A stretch of DNA of 64,000 nt from Mizuhopecten yessoensis. Its lineage: Eukaryota. Of the stretch, positions 23,890 through 38,900 are shown piece by piece. Position 1 is the stretch's first letter; the number at the start of each line of letters is the position of its first letter. A model generated the notes under the pieces. It was not told where the DNA came from and did no database searches. It saw only the letters and a program-made list of their open reading frames with translations. Both the position numbers and the translations under genes were made by a program. The stretch covers positions 1,903,409 through 1,967,408 of the forward strand of contig NW_018403984.1 in the NCBI RefSeq assembly GCF_002113885.1. Direction: 5' to 3'.

Positions 23890-25490
23890 AGCGGATATAC
23901 TGGATAGCATACCTGATGTTGTTGTCCAATATTTGAGATATTGTTGTATTGTATACCGGATATTGTTTAACTGTAACTAAAGACATTTTTTTTATATAAA
24001 ACAGATGTTGTATTACTGCATACCGGATGTTGTAGCAATGTATACTTGATGTTGTATTACTGTATACCGGACGTTGTAGTAATGTATACTTGATGTTGTA
24101 TGACTGTATACCGGATGTTGTAGTAATGTATACTTTATGTTGTATTACTGTACACCGGATGTTGTAGTAATGTATACTTGATCTTGTATTACTGTATACC
24201 GGATGTTGTAGCAATTTATACTTGATGTTGTATTACTGTATACCAGATGTTGTAGTAATGTATACTTGATGTTGTATGACTGTATACCGGATGTTGTAGT
24301 AATGTATACTTTATGTTGTATTACTGTATACCGGATGTTGTACTAATATATACTTGATGTTGTATTACTGTATACCGGACGTTGTAGTAATGTATACTTG
24401 ATGTTGTATGACTGTATACTGGATGTTGTAGCAATGTATACTTGATGTTCTATTACTGTATACCGGATGTTGTAGTAATATATACTTGATGTTGTATTAC
24501 TGTATACCGGATGTTGTAGGAATTTATACTTGATGTTGTATTACTGTATTCCGGATGTTGTAGTAATGTATACTTGATGTTGTATGACTGTATACCGGAT
24601 GTTGTAGTAATGTATTCTTGATGTTGTATTACTGTATACCGGATGTTGGAGTAATGTATACTTGATGTGGTATTACTGTATACCGGATGTTGTAGTAATT
24701 TATACTTGATGTTGTATCACTGTATACCGGATGTTGTAGTAATGTATTCTTGATGTTGTATTACTGTATACCGGATGTTGTAGGAATTTATACTTGATGT
24801 TGTATTACTGTATACCGGGTGTTGTAGCAATGTATACTTGATGTTGTATTGCTGTATACCGGATGTTGTAGCAATGTATACTTGATGTTGTTTTACTGTA
24901 TACCGGATGTTGTAGTAATGTTTACTTGATGTTGTATTACTGTATACCGGATGTTGTAGGAATTTATACTTGATGTTGTATTACTGTATACCAGATGTTG
25001 TAGTAATGTATACTTGATGTTGTACTACTGTATACCGGATGTTGTAGTAATGTATTCTTGATGTTGTATTACTGTATACCGGATGTTGTAGAAATTTATA
25101 CTTGATGTTGTATTACTGTATACCAGATGTTGTACGAATGTATACTTGATGTTGTATTACTGTATACCGGATGTTTTAGCAATGTATACTTGATGTTGTA
25201 TTACTGCATACCGGATGTTGTAGCAATGTATACTTGATGTTGTACTACTGTATACCGGATGTTGTAGTAATGTATTCTTGATGTTGTATTACTGTATACC
25301 GGATGTTGTAGTAATTTATACTTGATGTTGTATTACTGTATACCGGATGTTGTAGTAATGGAAACCGGAGGTTGTATACCTATACACCGGATGTTGTCAT
25401 ACTTTTTACCAGATGTTATATTATTGTATACCGGATGTTGTAATACTGTTGACCGGATGCTGTTTTACCGTATACCGGAGGTTGTTGTGC
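23890..25490. repeat. 44-bp satellite (dimer of 22-mers), about 31 core copies with decayed flanks
   Basis: TGTATACCGGATGTTGTAGTAA + TGTATACTTGATGTTGTATTAC, period 44 (24061, 24105). Confidence 0.97.
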
Positions 25491-26021
25491 TGCAATGAAT
25501 TTCATGTACACACTTACTCAACGCGAGGTTGGTTCTTAAATTGGGTTATGATACACTTGTCATATTAAACAAAATGGCTGTGAACTCAATCAGTGTACAT
25601 GAAGAAGATTCTAACTTCTCGACTTACTTTTACCATTTAGTCAGCAATGTTGGCACTTTAAATGTATTCGGCGATATATCGAAATACTTTGTTAAAAAAA
25701 GTTAAGCAAAAATATTCATGACATTCAGCTCGATCGTTTAGTCAGGAAAAGGAATTAGAAACCTGCCACAATGTTAAGTCAAACAAAGCATGTTTCTCCA
25801 AAGTAAAAGAATCAAAATCTAGGCCCTACTTTTGCTAAAATCTAACCAATATTTTTTTTAATAAATGGTGCAAAATAGAGAGGTTTAATACATCAATTCA
25901 TAAAAGGCCTTCAGTCTTCTGATTTTAGTGATAGTTTGGTTTATATCGATGGTCTCTCGATTTTATACACATGCTCGTGATGAGAAAATGGATCTCACGA
26001 CTAACCCTGAAGGTGTGACAA

Positions 26022-26276
26022 TCTGTAAACCTATAGCTACCAGACAATGCCCAATGACGATGTAATGTTACAGATCAGTAAGAATTCACTAGAAGTAAGA
26101 TGTCGCGTTAATTCGCGAGGAGGGACGATTGTGGATTTAAATTTCGCGAAAATTTATGCAGAAAGGTGAAATTGTGGTCGCTTTTTCCTTTTTGCGAATT
26201 CGCATAATCACGTGTGTGTTGTTAAAAAGAGCAACCTCGGAAATAAGTAACCGCGAAAATTCGGTAACTTACAGCA
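26022..26276. mobile_element. Decayed Tc1/mariner-type MITE (CTGTA..TACAG ends, TTCGCG-rich)
   Basis: Repeated TTCGCG/CGCGAAAATT motifs and a right end CGCGAAAATTCGGTAACTTACAG; left end uncertain. Confidence 0.4.
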
Positions 26277-28979
26277 TTTTCTGCGATGTAAATCGGCCTC
26301 TGAAAACAAGCGTCTGTAAACCGATTTCCCGCCAGATTATCGTGCTTTGATATATTACATGTATATCTATATGGTTCGGGGACCTTTGGAACACATTGTA
26401 CAATGGTTTGTGCCATGTCTGGTAAAGAAATAGCCGACACAAACACTAGTTGGACACTTTGATTATAAAATCTACTACGTTTGTTCTCATTGTACAAAGA
26501 CAAGGAGAGCCATACAAAAAATCCATACATATGAATGTTTTCCTGCAAAAACAGCAACAGTATTTATGAGTGTACTTTGAACTCGTCAGCAATTGTTTAT
26601 CACAGAGCAGCTTTCCCCTCCATGTGTGGTAGCAGAAATATGTACGCATTTATTAAGTGTAGTTATACAAACTACAGGCAGACAAAAGGAGAATTAAAAT
26701 AGAAGCCGAGCGGAGACCAGGCGAATTATAAAATATGATCTCAGTGGTACGTCTCAGCGACCGAACCACGGCGCAGCCTAGCGAGGCTAGACTTACTGGT
26801 TCCGGTCCTAATCATTCCGAATTAGCCAGGTAGGTCTGTAAACGAAGGTCAAAAGCATCGCATTCGACTAATAACGGAGCTTGCTTGTATATGTATCATA
26901 GATAATAGCTATATATAAAAGGTAGATATTGGACTAATTGAGAAACTTTTACGCCTAATGGCCCTGTAAAAACAAGATAGTTTAGGTATGGAAGCCCATT
27001 TAAAACTAATGTGTTCCTCTCGGTTTATTTTATTGTTCCTACTTCTCAAAATATGATAAATTCTGTTCAATACGCACAGATATCATAGCAACAGTAAAAC
27101 AGAGAAAACACAACCCACAAAACGGCTAACCTGAAGTTTCGACAATACGAAGAAAACACCAAAATAAAGAGAAAGGCACCATGAAACCTCACCAAAACCT
27201 TTAGGGAAACAATGTGATATGGAGGAGTAAAATACACATGATATGACGTAGGGACTTTAGGTACTAGTATCATACAAAAGACGATTTCACTCGGATAATT
27301 GTTGCCAAGATGTGACCATTAAATATCTTCAGCAGACATTGAAACGTTCCTGATAGAGAACGCTGTTAACTAGGAAAAGGTAGATTACAGGCCACAGGAC
27401 TTTTTCTTCTAATAAAACTGCCAAATAGACCAGGCTCTAAAGTAATGCATTGAAATGTGATTTGTAAACTCCATGAGCAGAGAAGGTTTGTTGATATGTT
27501 ACTGTCGTGGAAAGGAAATTTAGCGGTAATTAAACTGATGGAATCATGTTTTTCTTAGAGTGGGTCAATCACTGTTATACTGTAGGTAAATGTACAGATA
27601 TGACGCAGAGGAGAAACACTAAGAAAGGTATCTTTATAATCAATATCTAAATAAAAACCCAATCGAACACTGCGATAGATCGAACACCATGACAACTCGA
27701 ACCTTTTCTCCTGACCGGACAGGGTATATTAGGGTATATTGATGCAGGTCACGTGCTGCAACATAAATATTCCCCACAATTCTATCAGCCGGTTAAATGA
27801 AAAGATTTGCCATTGAAAGTTAAATTACTACACTGCCAGTCAGTTAAAATACACGAAAAACAGCGACTCCAGCAGACCAGCACATATTTACCAAACGCTG
27901 ACGTGGTCATTGGAACTAGGTCCCGGCTTGATAAACAGGCTAGTTAAAGACAGCGTTTATATCGATCGACCTAGGTAGTTCACAGTTGACCATGGTTATT
28001 TGATAGCATTAATCAAGGTTGACCGGTGTTATGAGACAGTAGTAAGCAAAGCCAATCTGGGAATGGAGTCGGTCAGAATCGACTAAGGTTGTCCTGGGAT
28101 ATGAATTGGTTTTGATCAAGGTTGAACTTTAGACCGACTACAATCCTACCTCCATGGGATAACCCAACAAGCCACATTGTTTGATTAACATAATACCAGC
28201 CGTTCCATGTTCCTCCCGTAAGCCGGCATCGTCAACTAACCTGTAATCTTAACAATCTCATTACTCCAAGAACGTTCTTCAAGTCGCCATATTCATTTAA
28301 CCTGATAATTAACTCGGTTACCTGTCCAGGATTATCCGACGAGACTAACCCTACTTGGTGGGAGCACTTGTGTACCAACATATGCATTTTTCATTTCGAC
28401 AGGGACTTTTCACCAACATGAATAAAACACATCTTTTCCGAAAAGTTGTCGACAAATCTATTCAAGTCACTGAACTCACCTTCAGCATACTTGCTTGTTC
28501 TTTTACGAACAAGGGTTCACTCATTTTAAAGTGTGATAACTACTGTGTGGCGATGACCATGTCGATGTCTTATCAAGCCCGTTCTACACTTTATAATATC
28601 GTAAGGAGCCCCACAGAAAGTCTGCCAAAAACAAACGTTCTATTTAATACGTGTTGGGACGTTAAAGTAAATTTCTTATATTAAGAATGTAAAAAGTGTG
28701 TACATCACATCATACGTCTGTGACATTCAATGTTGACGGCAACGCTGGGCTCTATAATACCATACTAATGCTGTATTATTGAAGTGCAAGTGCCGGATCG
28801 TGGATGAATATGCAATCGTGTTCGCAATCTCCAAGAACGTTTAGAGGTACGCCCATTAACTGTCGACCCTTCTAGCTCACATACCTGTCCGACAAGATCA
28901 TGTCGGAACATATCCAAATCAGTTAGATGATGGAATTTTTAAATGTAAAAATAAAGAAGAAAAAATACCATATCTATAT

Positions 28980-29135
28980 TATCACAGCGTCGAAACACAA
29001 GGGCACAACATTTCGTCAATACATAGAAGCAATTCATGAGGGCAAAAGTACCATAGCATCAACACCCAAGTAAAACTTCGACCATAGTGCGAACAGACAA
29101 GGGCGAAAGGAGAGCAACATGAACCGGAAGCACAA
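28980..29135 (-). mobile_element. Fragment of the Penelope-like 3' repeat seen at 7750-7930
   Basis: Minus strand GGTTCATGTTGCTC (29112-29125) followed by a T-rich tract. A weaker similar remnant lies at about 27100-27240 (minus). Confidence 0.35.
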
Positions 29136-29759
29136 TCAAAATATTACAATATCGAAACACGACAGTCTTCAAACATTGTTATTTACTGCCGTTATGTTTT
29201 CCGTAGCGAACAAGTAACAAGATGTTGCCTCCTGCGTTCCGTAGCCAGTGCCGGAGGTAGACTAATAACGCGCTGTTACAGATAATAGCTACACAATAGT
29301 CCCTTTACCGTGTTTTATCCTCCAACTAAGGAACGCTCATTTGTCTCTCTTCATAAACTGATGGTTTTGATTGTGATATGTAATGAATGAGTTCTTTGTT
29401 ATAATCACAAGTATTATTCACAAACAAATGGCTTTGATTGTACAAGAAAGAACAATTAAATGCATATACACTGTACCTGACTCCTGCTAAGTAATTACGG
29501 TACTTCAGGCCAAACAAGGGCTAATTATATCTCATTTATAACGGAGCATATATCTGTATTCATTGAACATGATATTTTCTAAGTATTAACAATCAATGTA
29601 GACCGATGCTACTGAGGTTTGGTCAATTTTAATGTGAAAAATCAGAGAAAAGGATACGCCCAACGAAACCGTGGCGTGACATAGGCGTTTCCTGAAAAGA
29701 TTACAGTTCCATTCCAACATATTCCAATGGAGAAACTTTAAGGGTCCTATACTGGCTTT

Positions 29760-29900
29760 CCCGCTGATTGGAGGTCAAGGGTTCGAATCCTGGTCAGGCC
29801 CAATCCCAGTTTTACGCCAAGAACACTGCTGTTGATTCTTTTTACCTCGTCTTTATAATTTTTTCCATGGCAGGGCTTAACGTAAATTTGTCAGTTACAG
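29760..29900 (+). mobile_element. Decayed tRNA-derived SINE head
   Basis: B box GGTTCGAATCC (29780-29790) in the context GGAGGTCAAGGGTTCGAATCCTGG; no complete cloverleaf. Confidence 0.5.
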
Positions 29901-30557
29901 CAATGAGTGATTAGGACCATAACAGTATTTGCTAAATTTGCTTTACTTTTACATTTTGATAGAGTAGTTACGCTTTGAACAGCAAAGTAAGTCTCGACAA
30001 CAATGAAATTGATGACGTCATAATAGCAAATGTTGTTATAGTCTCACAACAACATTTATCTTCTCAATGCATTGTAATGTTTAGATATGAATTAGTGATC
30101 AGTTGCAGTTTTGGCACTGGTACGAGGATCCTTAAGTTAATCAAGAGGTATGATGAACGATTTGTTAAAGTCACTTGATGGCGTTTGATAACCTCCACAA
30201 TCACCTACCATCGTCATAGGTCTTTGTCACAGCGGAGACGTCACATTCAAATAATACATAAACGTAGTGAACATAAACATTATTTGATGTTTCAATTGAT
30301 TTGATTAAGATTCTGGAAAAGGATTTACGATTTCCGAAATCTTTTCATAACTCTGATTGTAATAATTAAAAATAATATATTCAAACCTAACGCACTGAAT
30401 GAATATACGAAAATAAATCATAAATTTAAAAAACAGAAGCTATACACACATAGACATTTGTCAGTTCATTTGAAAGTAAAATTCACATCTGTATAGAGTA
30501 ACCCAGCAGTAGCTACAATAGAGAGCCCGGAATAACCCATGGAATAGCGGCTATATA

Positions 30558-32940
30558 TCATATAGATCCTATCAGCTTTACTGCCTAAATATGAAAATTA
30601 AATATTAATGTCACATACCTATAGAGGTTACACCTCGAATGTAAATCATCGTTACGCTAGCAATGTGTTTGTACACACGTGCAAGTATACACCCGTGTAT
30701 CGACACACACGTGCATACATGTTACATTAGTCATGAGTTTGTATGCCTGTACAGGTATACACTCGTGTATCGACACACACGTGATGTTCCATTAGTCATG
30801 TGTTTTTATGCCTGTACAGGTATACACACGTGGATCGACACACACGTGATGTTACATCAGTCATGTGTTTTTATGCCTGTACAGGTATACACCCGTGTAT
30901 CGACCCACACGTTATGTTACATTAGTCATGTGTTTGCATGCCTGTACAGGTATACACACGTGAATCGACACACACGTGATGTTACATCAGTCATGTGTTT
31001 TTATGCCTGTAAAGGTACACACACGTGTATCGATGCACTGCATACATGTTACATTAGTCATGAGTTTGTATGCCTGTACAGGTATACCCACGTGTATCGA
31101 CAGTCACGTGATGTTACATTAGTCATGGGTTTTTATGCATGTACAGGTATACACACGTGTATCGATGCACACGATCATATAGATCCTATCAGCTTTACTG
31201 CCTAAATATGAAAATTAAATATTAATGACACATACCTATAGAGGTTACACCTCGAATGTAAATCATCGTTACGCTAGCAATGTGTTTGTACACACGTGCA
31301 AGTATCCACCCGTGTATCGACACACACGTGATGTTACATCAGTCATGTGTTTTTATGCCTGTACAGGTATACACCCGTGTATCGAAACACACGTGCATAC
31401 ATGTTACATGAGTCATGTGTTTGTATGCCTGTAGAGGTATACACACGTGTATCGACACACTCGTGATGTTACATTAGTCATGTGGTTGTATGCCTGTACA
31501 GGTATACACCCGTGTATCGACAAACACGTGCATACATGTTACATTAGGCATGTGTTTGTATGCCTGTACAGTTATACACACGTGTATCGATGCACACGAT
31601 CATATAGATCCTATCAGCTTTACTGCCTAAATATGAAAATTAAATATTAATGTCACATACCTATAGAGGTTACACCTCGAATGTAAATCATCGTTACGCT
31701 AGCAATGTGTTTGTACACACGTGCAAGCATACACCCGTGTATCGGCACACACGTGCATACATGTTCCATTAGTCATGTGTTTTTATGCCGTCTCAGGTAT
31801 ACGCACGTGTATCGACACACACGTGATGTTCCATTAGTCATGTGTTTTTATGCATGTACAGTTATACACACGTGTATCGATGCACACGATCATATAGATC
31901 CTATCAGCTTTACTGCCTAAATATGAAAATTAAATATTAATGACACATACCTATAGAGGTTACACCTCGAATGTAAATCATCGTTACGCTAGCAATGTGT
32001 TTGTACACACGTGCAAGTATACACCCGTGTATAGACACACACGTGCATACATGTTACATGAGTCATGTGTTTGTATGCCTGTAAAGGTACACACACGTGT
32101 ATCTCATGTGTTTGTATGCCTGTACAAGTATACACACGTGTATCGACACACCCGTGATGTTACATTAGTCATGTGGTTGTATGCCTGTACAGGTATACAC
32201 CCGTGTATCGAAACACACGTGCATACATGTTACATTAGGCATGTGTTTGTATGCCTGTACAGTTATACACACGTGTATCGATGCACACGATCATATAGAT
32301 CCTATCAGCTTTACTGCCTAAATATGAAAATTAAATATTAATGTCACATACCTATAGAGGTTACACCTCGAATGTAAATCATCGTTACGCTAGCAATGTG
32401 TTTGTACACACGTGCAAGTATACACCCGTGTATAGACACACACGTGCATACATGTTACATGAGTCATGTGTTTGTATGCCTGTACAGGTAGACACACGTG
32501 TATCGACACACACGCGATGTTACATTAGTCATGTGTTTGGATGCCTGTACAGGTATACACACGTGTATCGACCCACACGTGATGTTACATTAGTCACGTG
32601 TTTTTATGCATGTACAGGTATACACACGTGTATCCACAAACACGTGATGTTACATTAGTCATGTGTTTTTATGCATGTACAGGTATACACACGTGTATCG
32701 ATGCACACGTGCATACATGTTACGTTAGTCATGTGTTTGTATGCCTGTAAAGGTACACACACGTGTATCGATGCACATGTGTATACATGTTACGTTAGCC
32801 ATTGGTCTGTATGTACGTGGAGGTAGACACACGTTCAGGTATACACACGTACATACATGTTAGGTTGGCCTAGTATTTGTACATATTTGCAATTATACAC
32901 ACGTGTATAGCGTCACACACGTTTATAGAAGTTACACAAG
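30558..32940. repeat. Modular satellite: about 155-bp head x5 with variable runs of 65/70-bp subunits
   Basis: Head TCATATAGATCCTATCAGCTTTACTGCCTAAAT... at 30558, 31175, 31600, 31890, 32291. Subunit TGTTACATTAGTCATGTGTTTTTATGCCTGTACAGGTATACACACGTGTATCGACACACACGTGA, period 65 (70 with a CATAC insert). Confidence 0.95.
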
Positions 32941-35900
32941 ATATTTGTCTATACCGCACGTGTAGGTAAACATAATAAACACACTCTCATACAAGCTACG
33001 CTAGCTACAGTATACCATGTGTCTACAAATGTATACATAGTATATATGCACATATATTTTAACACATGTGAATAAAACATCAGTATCCGTACACAAAGTA
33101 GAATCCACATGTACATGGTAAACCAATAAATGTGTAAAATATACACATGCATACACACATTAATACCTACGTATTTGTAACCTACGATTTTATGTGTAGA
33201 GGACACATGCTAATTAAAAACAGCGTCTGAAACTATCGTACCCCACAAAACGAAGAAGATAGGATACATAAAATTTCTTTTTCAGAAATTCGGAAGAAAT
33301 GGTCTTAGAACAGTTCTTGCACCCTTTTGGAATCTTATATGGAAAGCAACGTCTCTTAATGACTGATTTTAGGTGGGTTTTTTCCGAAGTATATACACAC
33401 ACATAACCCTCCTCTTCTAATAGAATGTATTTGATTTTGTCAACAAAATTGTGAAATGAATCTAAAACCAGCAGACTCGAATTTTAAAGAATTCACCAAA
33501 ACCGGAAACGCCGTGACAAAACTGTGAGACGATTCTAGTAAAACACCTATCTGTTAACAGGTATGCAGTTATGTTTGGATACCAATCGAGAAAATTAAAA
33601 ACAGTAGCTTTATACATGTACATGCACGTACTCATATTCAAATTTTAATGTTGTATTCAATACTGAATTTATTACCGGTCGGATTTCTAAGATTAAATTA
33701 GAATGAAATTCGGTGTATTAATTACAGTAAAAAAAGTTACCAAGAAAATAATCCCATGTCGTAAAAACGTGTCACACTGGTAATAAACCCCTTATCTGCC
33801 CCAGAACACGACCAGTTTCCGGCTGTGCACATTTCGGTCTCATAAAAACGCAGCATGCTGAAAGGCTTCCCGCTTGGTGGTTCAGACTGCAGTTAAGTTT
33901 TACGTATCTTGAATATTTGAATATATTGTGTCACTCATAAAGATAAATATCGAGAAAAACTAATGTTTTACAAGGATATACTCCAACGGGTGTGTTGATA
34001 CGTTATGACCTGGAGGAGAGAGGAAAGTCGAACTACCTAAGGCGATAGCGAACGGGTTTTAAATGAGCTATTTTGAAACGAGACAATACACATGCAGTTT
34101 TCAAGCATTAAGGCGGTTATAATAAGTACGTATTTTCACACAATACTAAGTTAATACTACAGGAACTCACATGCCAAAAGGTCCCAACGGAAATCTAAAA
34201 TGATTTCAGCCAATCGAAAGATCTATATTCGACATAATGTGTACTTTAAACTAAAATGAGAAAATATTAATTTAGTAAATGATGTCATAAATTATTTCCT
34301 TCCATAAAATGTGATATTTTTGGTTAAATAAGGTTATTGCTAGAGATATTGAGGAAGAGATTTGACACGAGTAATAACAGGTTATCAATCCTTTTACATA
34401 ATTACAACTAAACCACTCCTAATTTCGATGTCGTGTATACATACTGATATCATCATACAATTAGTATCTATTTCGGTATTCGATGAGTTGATGCATAAGT
34501 CTAAAAACTGAGCTAAATGAATGTCGTCATACTAAAAGAATGTAATTGAATTGAATAATACCCATTAGTATGGTGATCATTCTTATATAGAAGTCCAATC
34601 ACGGAACACAAAGAACCGGAACTTATCTTTGCGTAAGCAAAACATATTTCGAGTAAAGCCAACTATTTGTAGAGATAAATTTAGGGTCAAATTGAAGTGA
34701 ACCCTGTCTATTTCGAAACCCTGTGTCATCAAACAAAATACGGCATTCAAAAAGGATTTGGCAAGATATCGAGGGAAACATTTCATGGATAGCATGTTGT
34801 GAAAAAAGAGTATCTTGATGGATATTAAGAGCGAAGGAGCTCTTTACCGTTAACATGTACGTGTAAATAGATCTGATCCAAACAAACTGATTCCATCACT
34901 GAATCGTACAGCTACAGCCTAGAAACTCTTCGTACTTCCGGTGACCTCTTCCGGTTCATGGAGCCCGTAAATATGCCTAATCGAATAATAAAGCGACATG
35001 TAACGTCGCAGGAAAATTATTTATTTGAACCAACGAATTTAAAAAAAAAAAATATTAACCATATCCAATACACTGGGCGTGTTTATTTCCACGATTTCTT
35101 TCCTTTTGTATCAAAAAGAGAAATGATTGGCATGGTCATTAAAAAAAGCTCACATGAATGTCAAAAGCAAATGGCGTCGAAGAGTGCGTAAGAATGTGAT
35201 TACATGAATGTGACTATATTACCGTCGATTAAATTAGCTTAAATTTTGGGAAGAAATAGATCATACACATTTTCCATCTAAATATTGATAATCGATCGTT
35301 ACACACGAGGGTCATTCTCACTAGGACGGAAATACCCGAGTATGTACGAAGGAGGGTCAATGACGAGGTCGCTTGGTTCATTGACGAGGTCAAAGTTCAC
35401 GGGTCGTCTGCTCCACTTAACAGAATTGTCACTGACAGCTTTCCAAAGGAAAACGTAGAGTGTTTCAAATGGTCGATTCGCGAATTTTTCTGTATAACTA
35501 CTCTTGGCTTTTTTCTGCGTTTATTGTAGAATGCAACTTTATATTCAGTTCTCCAAAATTCTTCCAGTAACAGATTCAAGTTTATTATAAAAAAACACCA
35601 ATTACAGGTACATTTTGTATGTATTAAAATGGGTAATGTTATGATTAAAAAAATATACTATACTATTGAAACAAATGTACGAGCTTCGCTCTCTCCAGGC
35701 CAGGTCTGAGTCATATTACCGTAAGCAAGGTGGCAAATATAAAGAGGGAGGTTTTCCTGTATCAAAATCTTGGACAAAATTATAATGTATGTTTAGACTA
35801 AACCCAAGGCAGGTGTTGTTGTCTAGGAAACGCTTGAGCTGTACTTTGTAAGGTGGCCATCTTTTAATTATTGCATCCAATACAACTAAAAACAAAAACC

Positions 35901-38900
35901 GAATCCGGCACGACTAAAACCCGGAATCAAGTAAAAACAATTTGGCACAATTCATATATCCGGAGAATTACCAATGTATTTCTCACGACTAGTATACCAA
36001 TACAGAACGCAGGTCCTCCATACATGTCGACTCATTTTTTTACGTTTACGTATGAGATGTCAGATACACATATACGTCATATGTCGTTATGACATGTCAG
36101 TAGGATGTTCATGAAATAATCCACAGTAATGTCACTAAGTATGACATGTTGACAACAGGGATAATAAGTCTCAACCGTCCTGTAGCTTATGTTCAAGGAC
36201 GGATGTGGCTAGAAGTAATTGTGATAGTTTCGGCATTACATTTACATATAATTTACCGGCTTATTTAAAAAAACCTTTATGAGCTTCATGATTATCATAC
36301 AACAAGAAGCACAATTTTTATTAGTTTAATCCATTGAGTGAATAATTTTATAATGATACGCTACTGATAGTTACTCTTGTCTCTAACGTTTTCAGACATG
36401 TGCATCATTTCATCAAATCCAGCAATAGATTTTAAACGGTGTTTATTGTGTTGTGTATTGTGTCTGTGTAAATATTATATGTATCTACATCATTTTATGC
36501 CTATCGTCTTCGTTGTCATATACATGTAAATGAATGACAGGAGAAGGCTGGGATAACTTTATATAACTCGTGCCCAATTTCTTGTTAAAATTAGTTGGAA
36601 ATAAAATTTGTTTAAATAAGTCACTTTGTGTAAATTTGCGTAGAGTAGTGACACCGAAGTTTCATCCAAAAGTGGGTTTTTTTCAATATTTTGCGGAAAA
36701 CAGACTTTCTGAGTGAGTAATATCAAGAAATGATTTGACTTTATGACGTCATTAGATATATGCCCCCATGACGTCATGACTGTTCGTGACATCCATGACA
36801 TAACGGGAGTAGATCTAATGACGTGATAACCGGGGCACATCAGCCTGGCCAATCAGGTCGTCATGGGTTGGTGGTAGATAAATAACGTAACCATTTTTAT
36901 TGGATTAATAAAACGATTATGGATGCTTTCATTTTAGCGAACTTCTGACGAGTTAAAACAGAACCAATACCATCTCCACAATGTGACCATCTTGTCGTTG
37001 TGTCAAAATTGAGAAAGGGTAATGTCATCAAACCAGAATCTCGATAGAAAATTATACTGAAACAATTTAGTAAGGAAAAATGACCTTGATTATAAAATAA
37101 TGAAAAAAATGTATTAAATAAAACCCGCGTAGGGTGAATTCGAATCTGCTATCCGGAATAGGTTATTGTCTGCTCAAGTACAGAACATTACGAACGCGCC
37201 AAGATGGCGTTTCTAGCACCTGTTGTGGGTGTTCACGTCACAGTTTAACGTCAAGTGACCGAACAAGACAGCGACGAAAATATCGACGATTTATATACAG
37301 CGGCACAATGCCAATTCATTAAGTGCTGTTACAAATACAGACATCAGTCAAAAGATTATTGCACTATTTGGGTATTTATCTGTCAAATTTTCTTTCTGTT
37401 TGTCACGTTAAAATCTTAAGCCTTTTCTCGCACTGGGTGGTTTTGCTCGTCAAAGTATTTTAATGAACAATTATTTGATGTAAAATTAATTTAATTTAAA
37501 AATTCATAATAAAGGCGAAGTAATGGTGGCACCTTATAATATATTCACATACATGTATACTAATAAACTTGATTCAGTATTTTATGAACACTGCTATTAA
37601 GAACAAACTAATATATTAGTGATGGTATTTCAGTATTAACGCATATGAGTGGCGAGTAGTGGATGTTGTTTAAACGTATTTAAACAAGTCATCAGAATAT
37701 TAAACATGAGCTTAGACATGTATATAAGATAACACAAATTATTATAACTTATCAACGCCATCCGCATCTTATAACAACATTTACATTCTACAAACGGAGA
37801 CTTGCAGTATAATGAGGCATAGTTGAATTAATTTTGAAGTGACGTGCATGTCTGAAAACATTGAGGTTGAGATACAGATTACCAAACAAATCTAACTCTT
37901 AAATAGATTACTTATCAAAACAATTTCTTAGGTAAAAAGGGCTAACGCTCACTCTCACACGTCGCACGTGACATTTTAGCTTTCTGAAGAGGCCATATCA
38001 TGCACTGTGTCTTGTTTGAAACCCGATAAGTCGACGGGAATAAGGGAAACTGTTTCCCTTCTACAAGAACAATTAAATATTGTATCGAAATAGAACAATA
38101 ACACAACAATAGAAATGATTAGGTTAACACCTCAGTGTTGTTTGATTAATAATGCCCTGGTGTGAAGCTCCGATTGAGGAAAATAGTGATCAATAGTATC
38201 AAATCAGATACGCATTTGCATAGATGAGGTTTTATAATAAAGGAAGTGTACTGATGTTTATGTATTTTACAACACTTATGAAACATGTTTTTAAAACTGT
38301 TATCGAATTATCCTCTACGTTTAGTTACGTATCTTGAACACATTGATCGCCTGGATAAACTTTATCGAAATGACGACAAGGGAGTGACGTCACGTTAAAG
38401 ACAGTGAGCAGATATAGAGGTTGATACGCCTGAGTTTGGAGTAAAGTAATGAACGAAAATTAAAAATAATGTTACAACCCAATTGGGATTTTGATTTCTA
38501 GTGTTTTAGATAAACCCATTTAACTTGTTTTTGTCACTTCCGGTTCGGTAGCAGTTGTATTTTGTAATAAACTCGTCCATCATTTTAAACAAAGGAAAAC
38601 AAGGCAATTAAAAATTGCAGTCACGATTTCCAAGTCAACAGGACATTTCTACACGGCAGATAATGGCGGAGGCGTCCACATCCGGTTGTTTACAATGATC
38701 ACGTGACTCTATCGTGATGTCATAAATGTTTAGCACGAGCGTGGCGGTCGTTACTTACCGGTACGGACATGTGGCTGTCTAGGATGACAAGGGGAGGTGA
38801 ACATGTGTGTGTATTTATGGCAGAGATAATGTGCTACCGATGTAATCCTGATTGGGGACATGTTATGTCAAGAAGTTTACGACCAAAAAACTCTCCTAAC

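Noticed and set aside
30110-30135. TTTGGCACTGGTA resembling the miR-96/182/263 family
   Set aside because: The match stops after about 13 nt and there is no hairpin partner.
30663-32658. Cys/His/Tyr-rich ORFs resembling zinc fingers
   Set aside because: Translations of the 65/70-bp satellite. The unit length is not a multiple of 3 and there is no C2H2 spacing.
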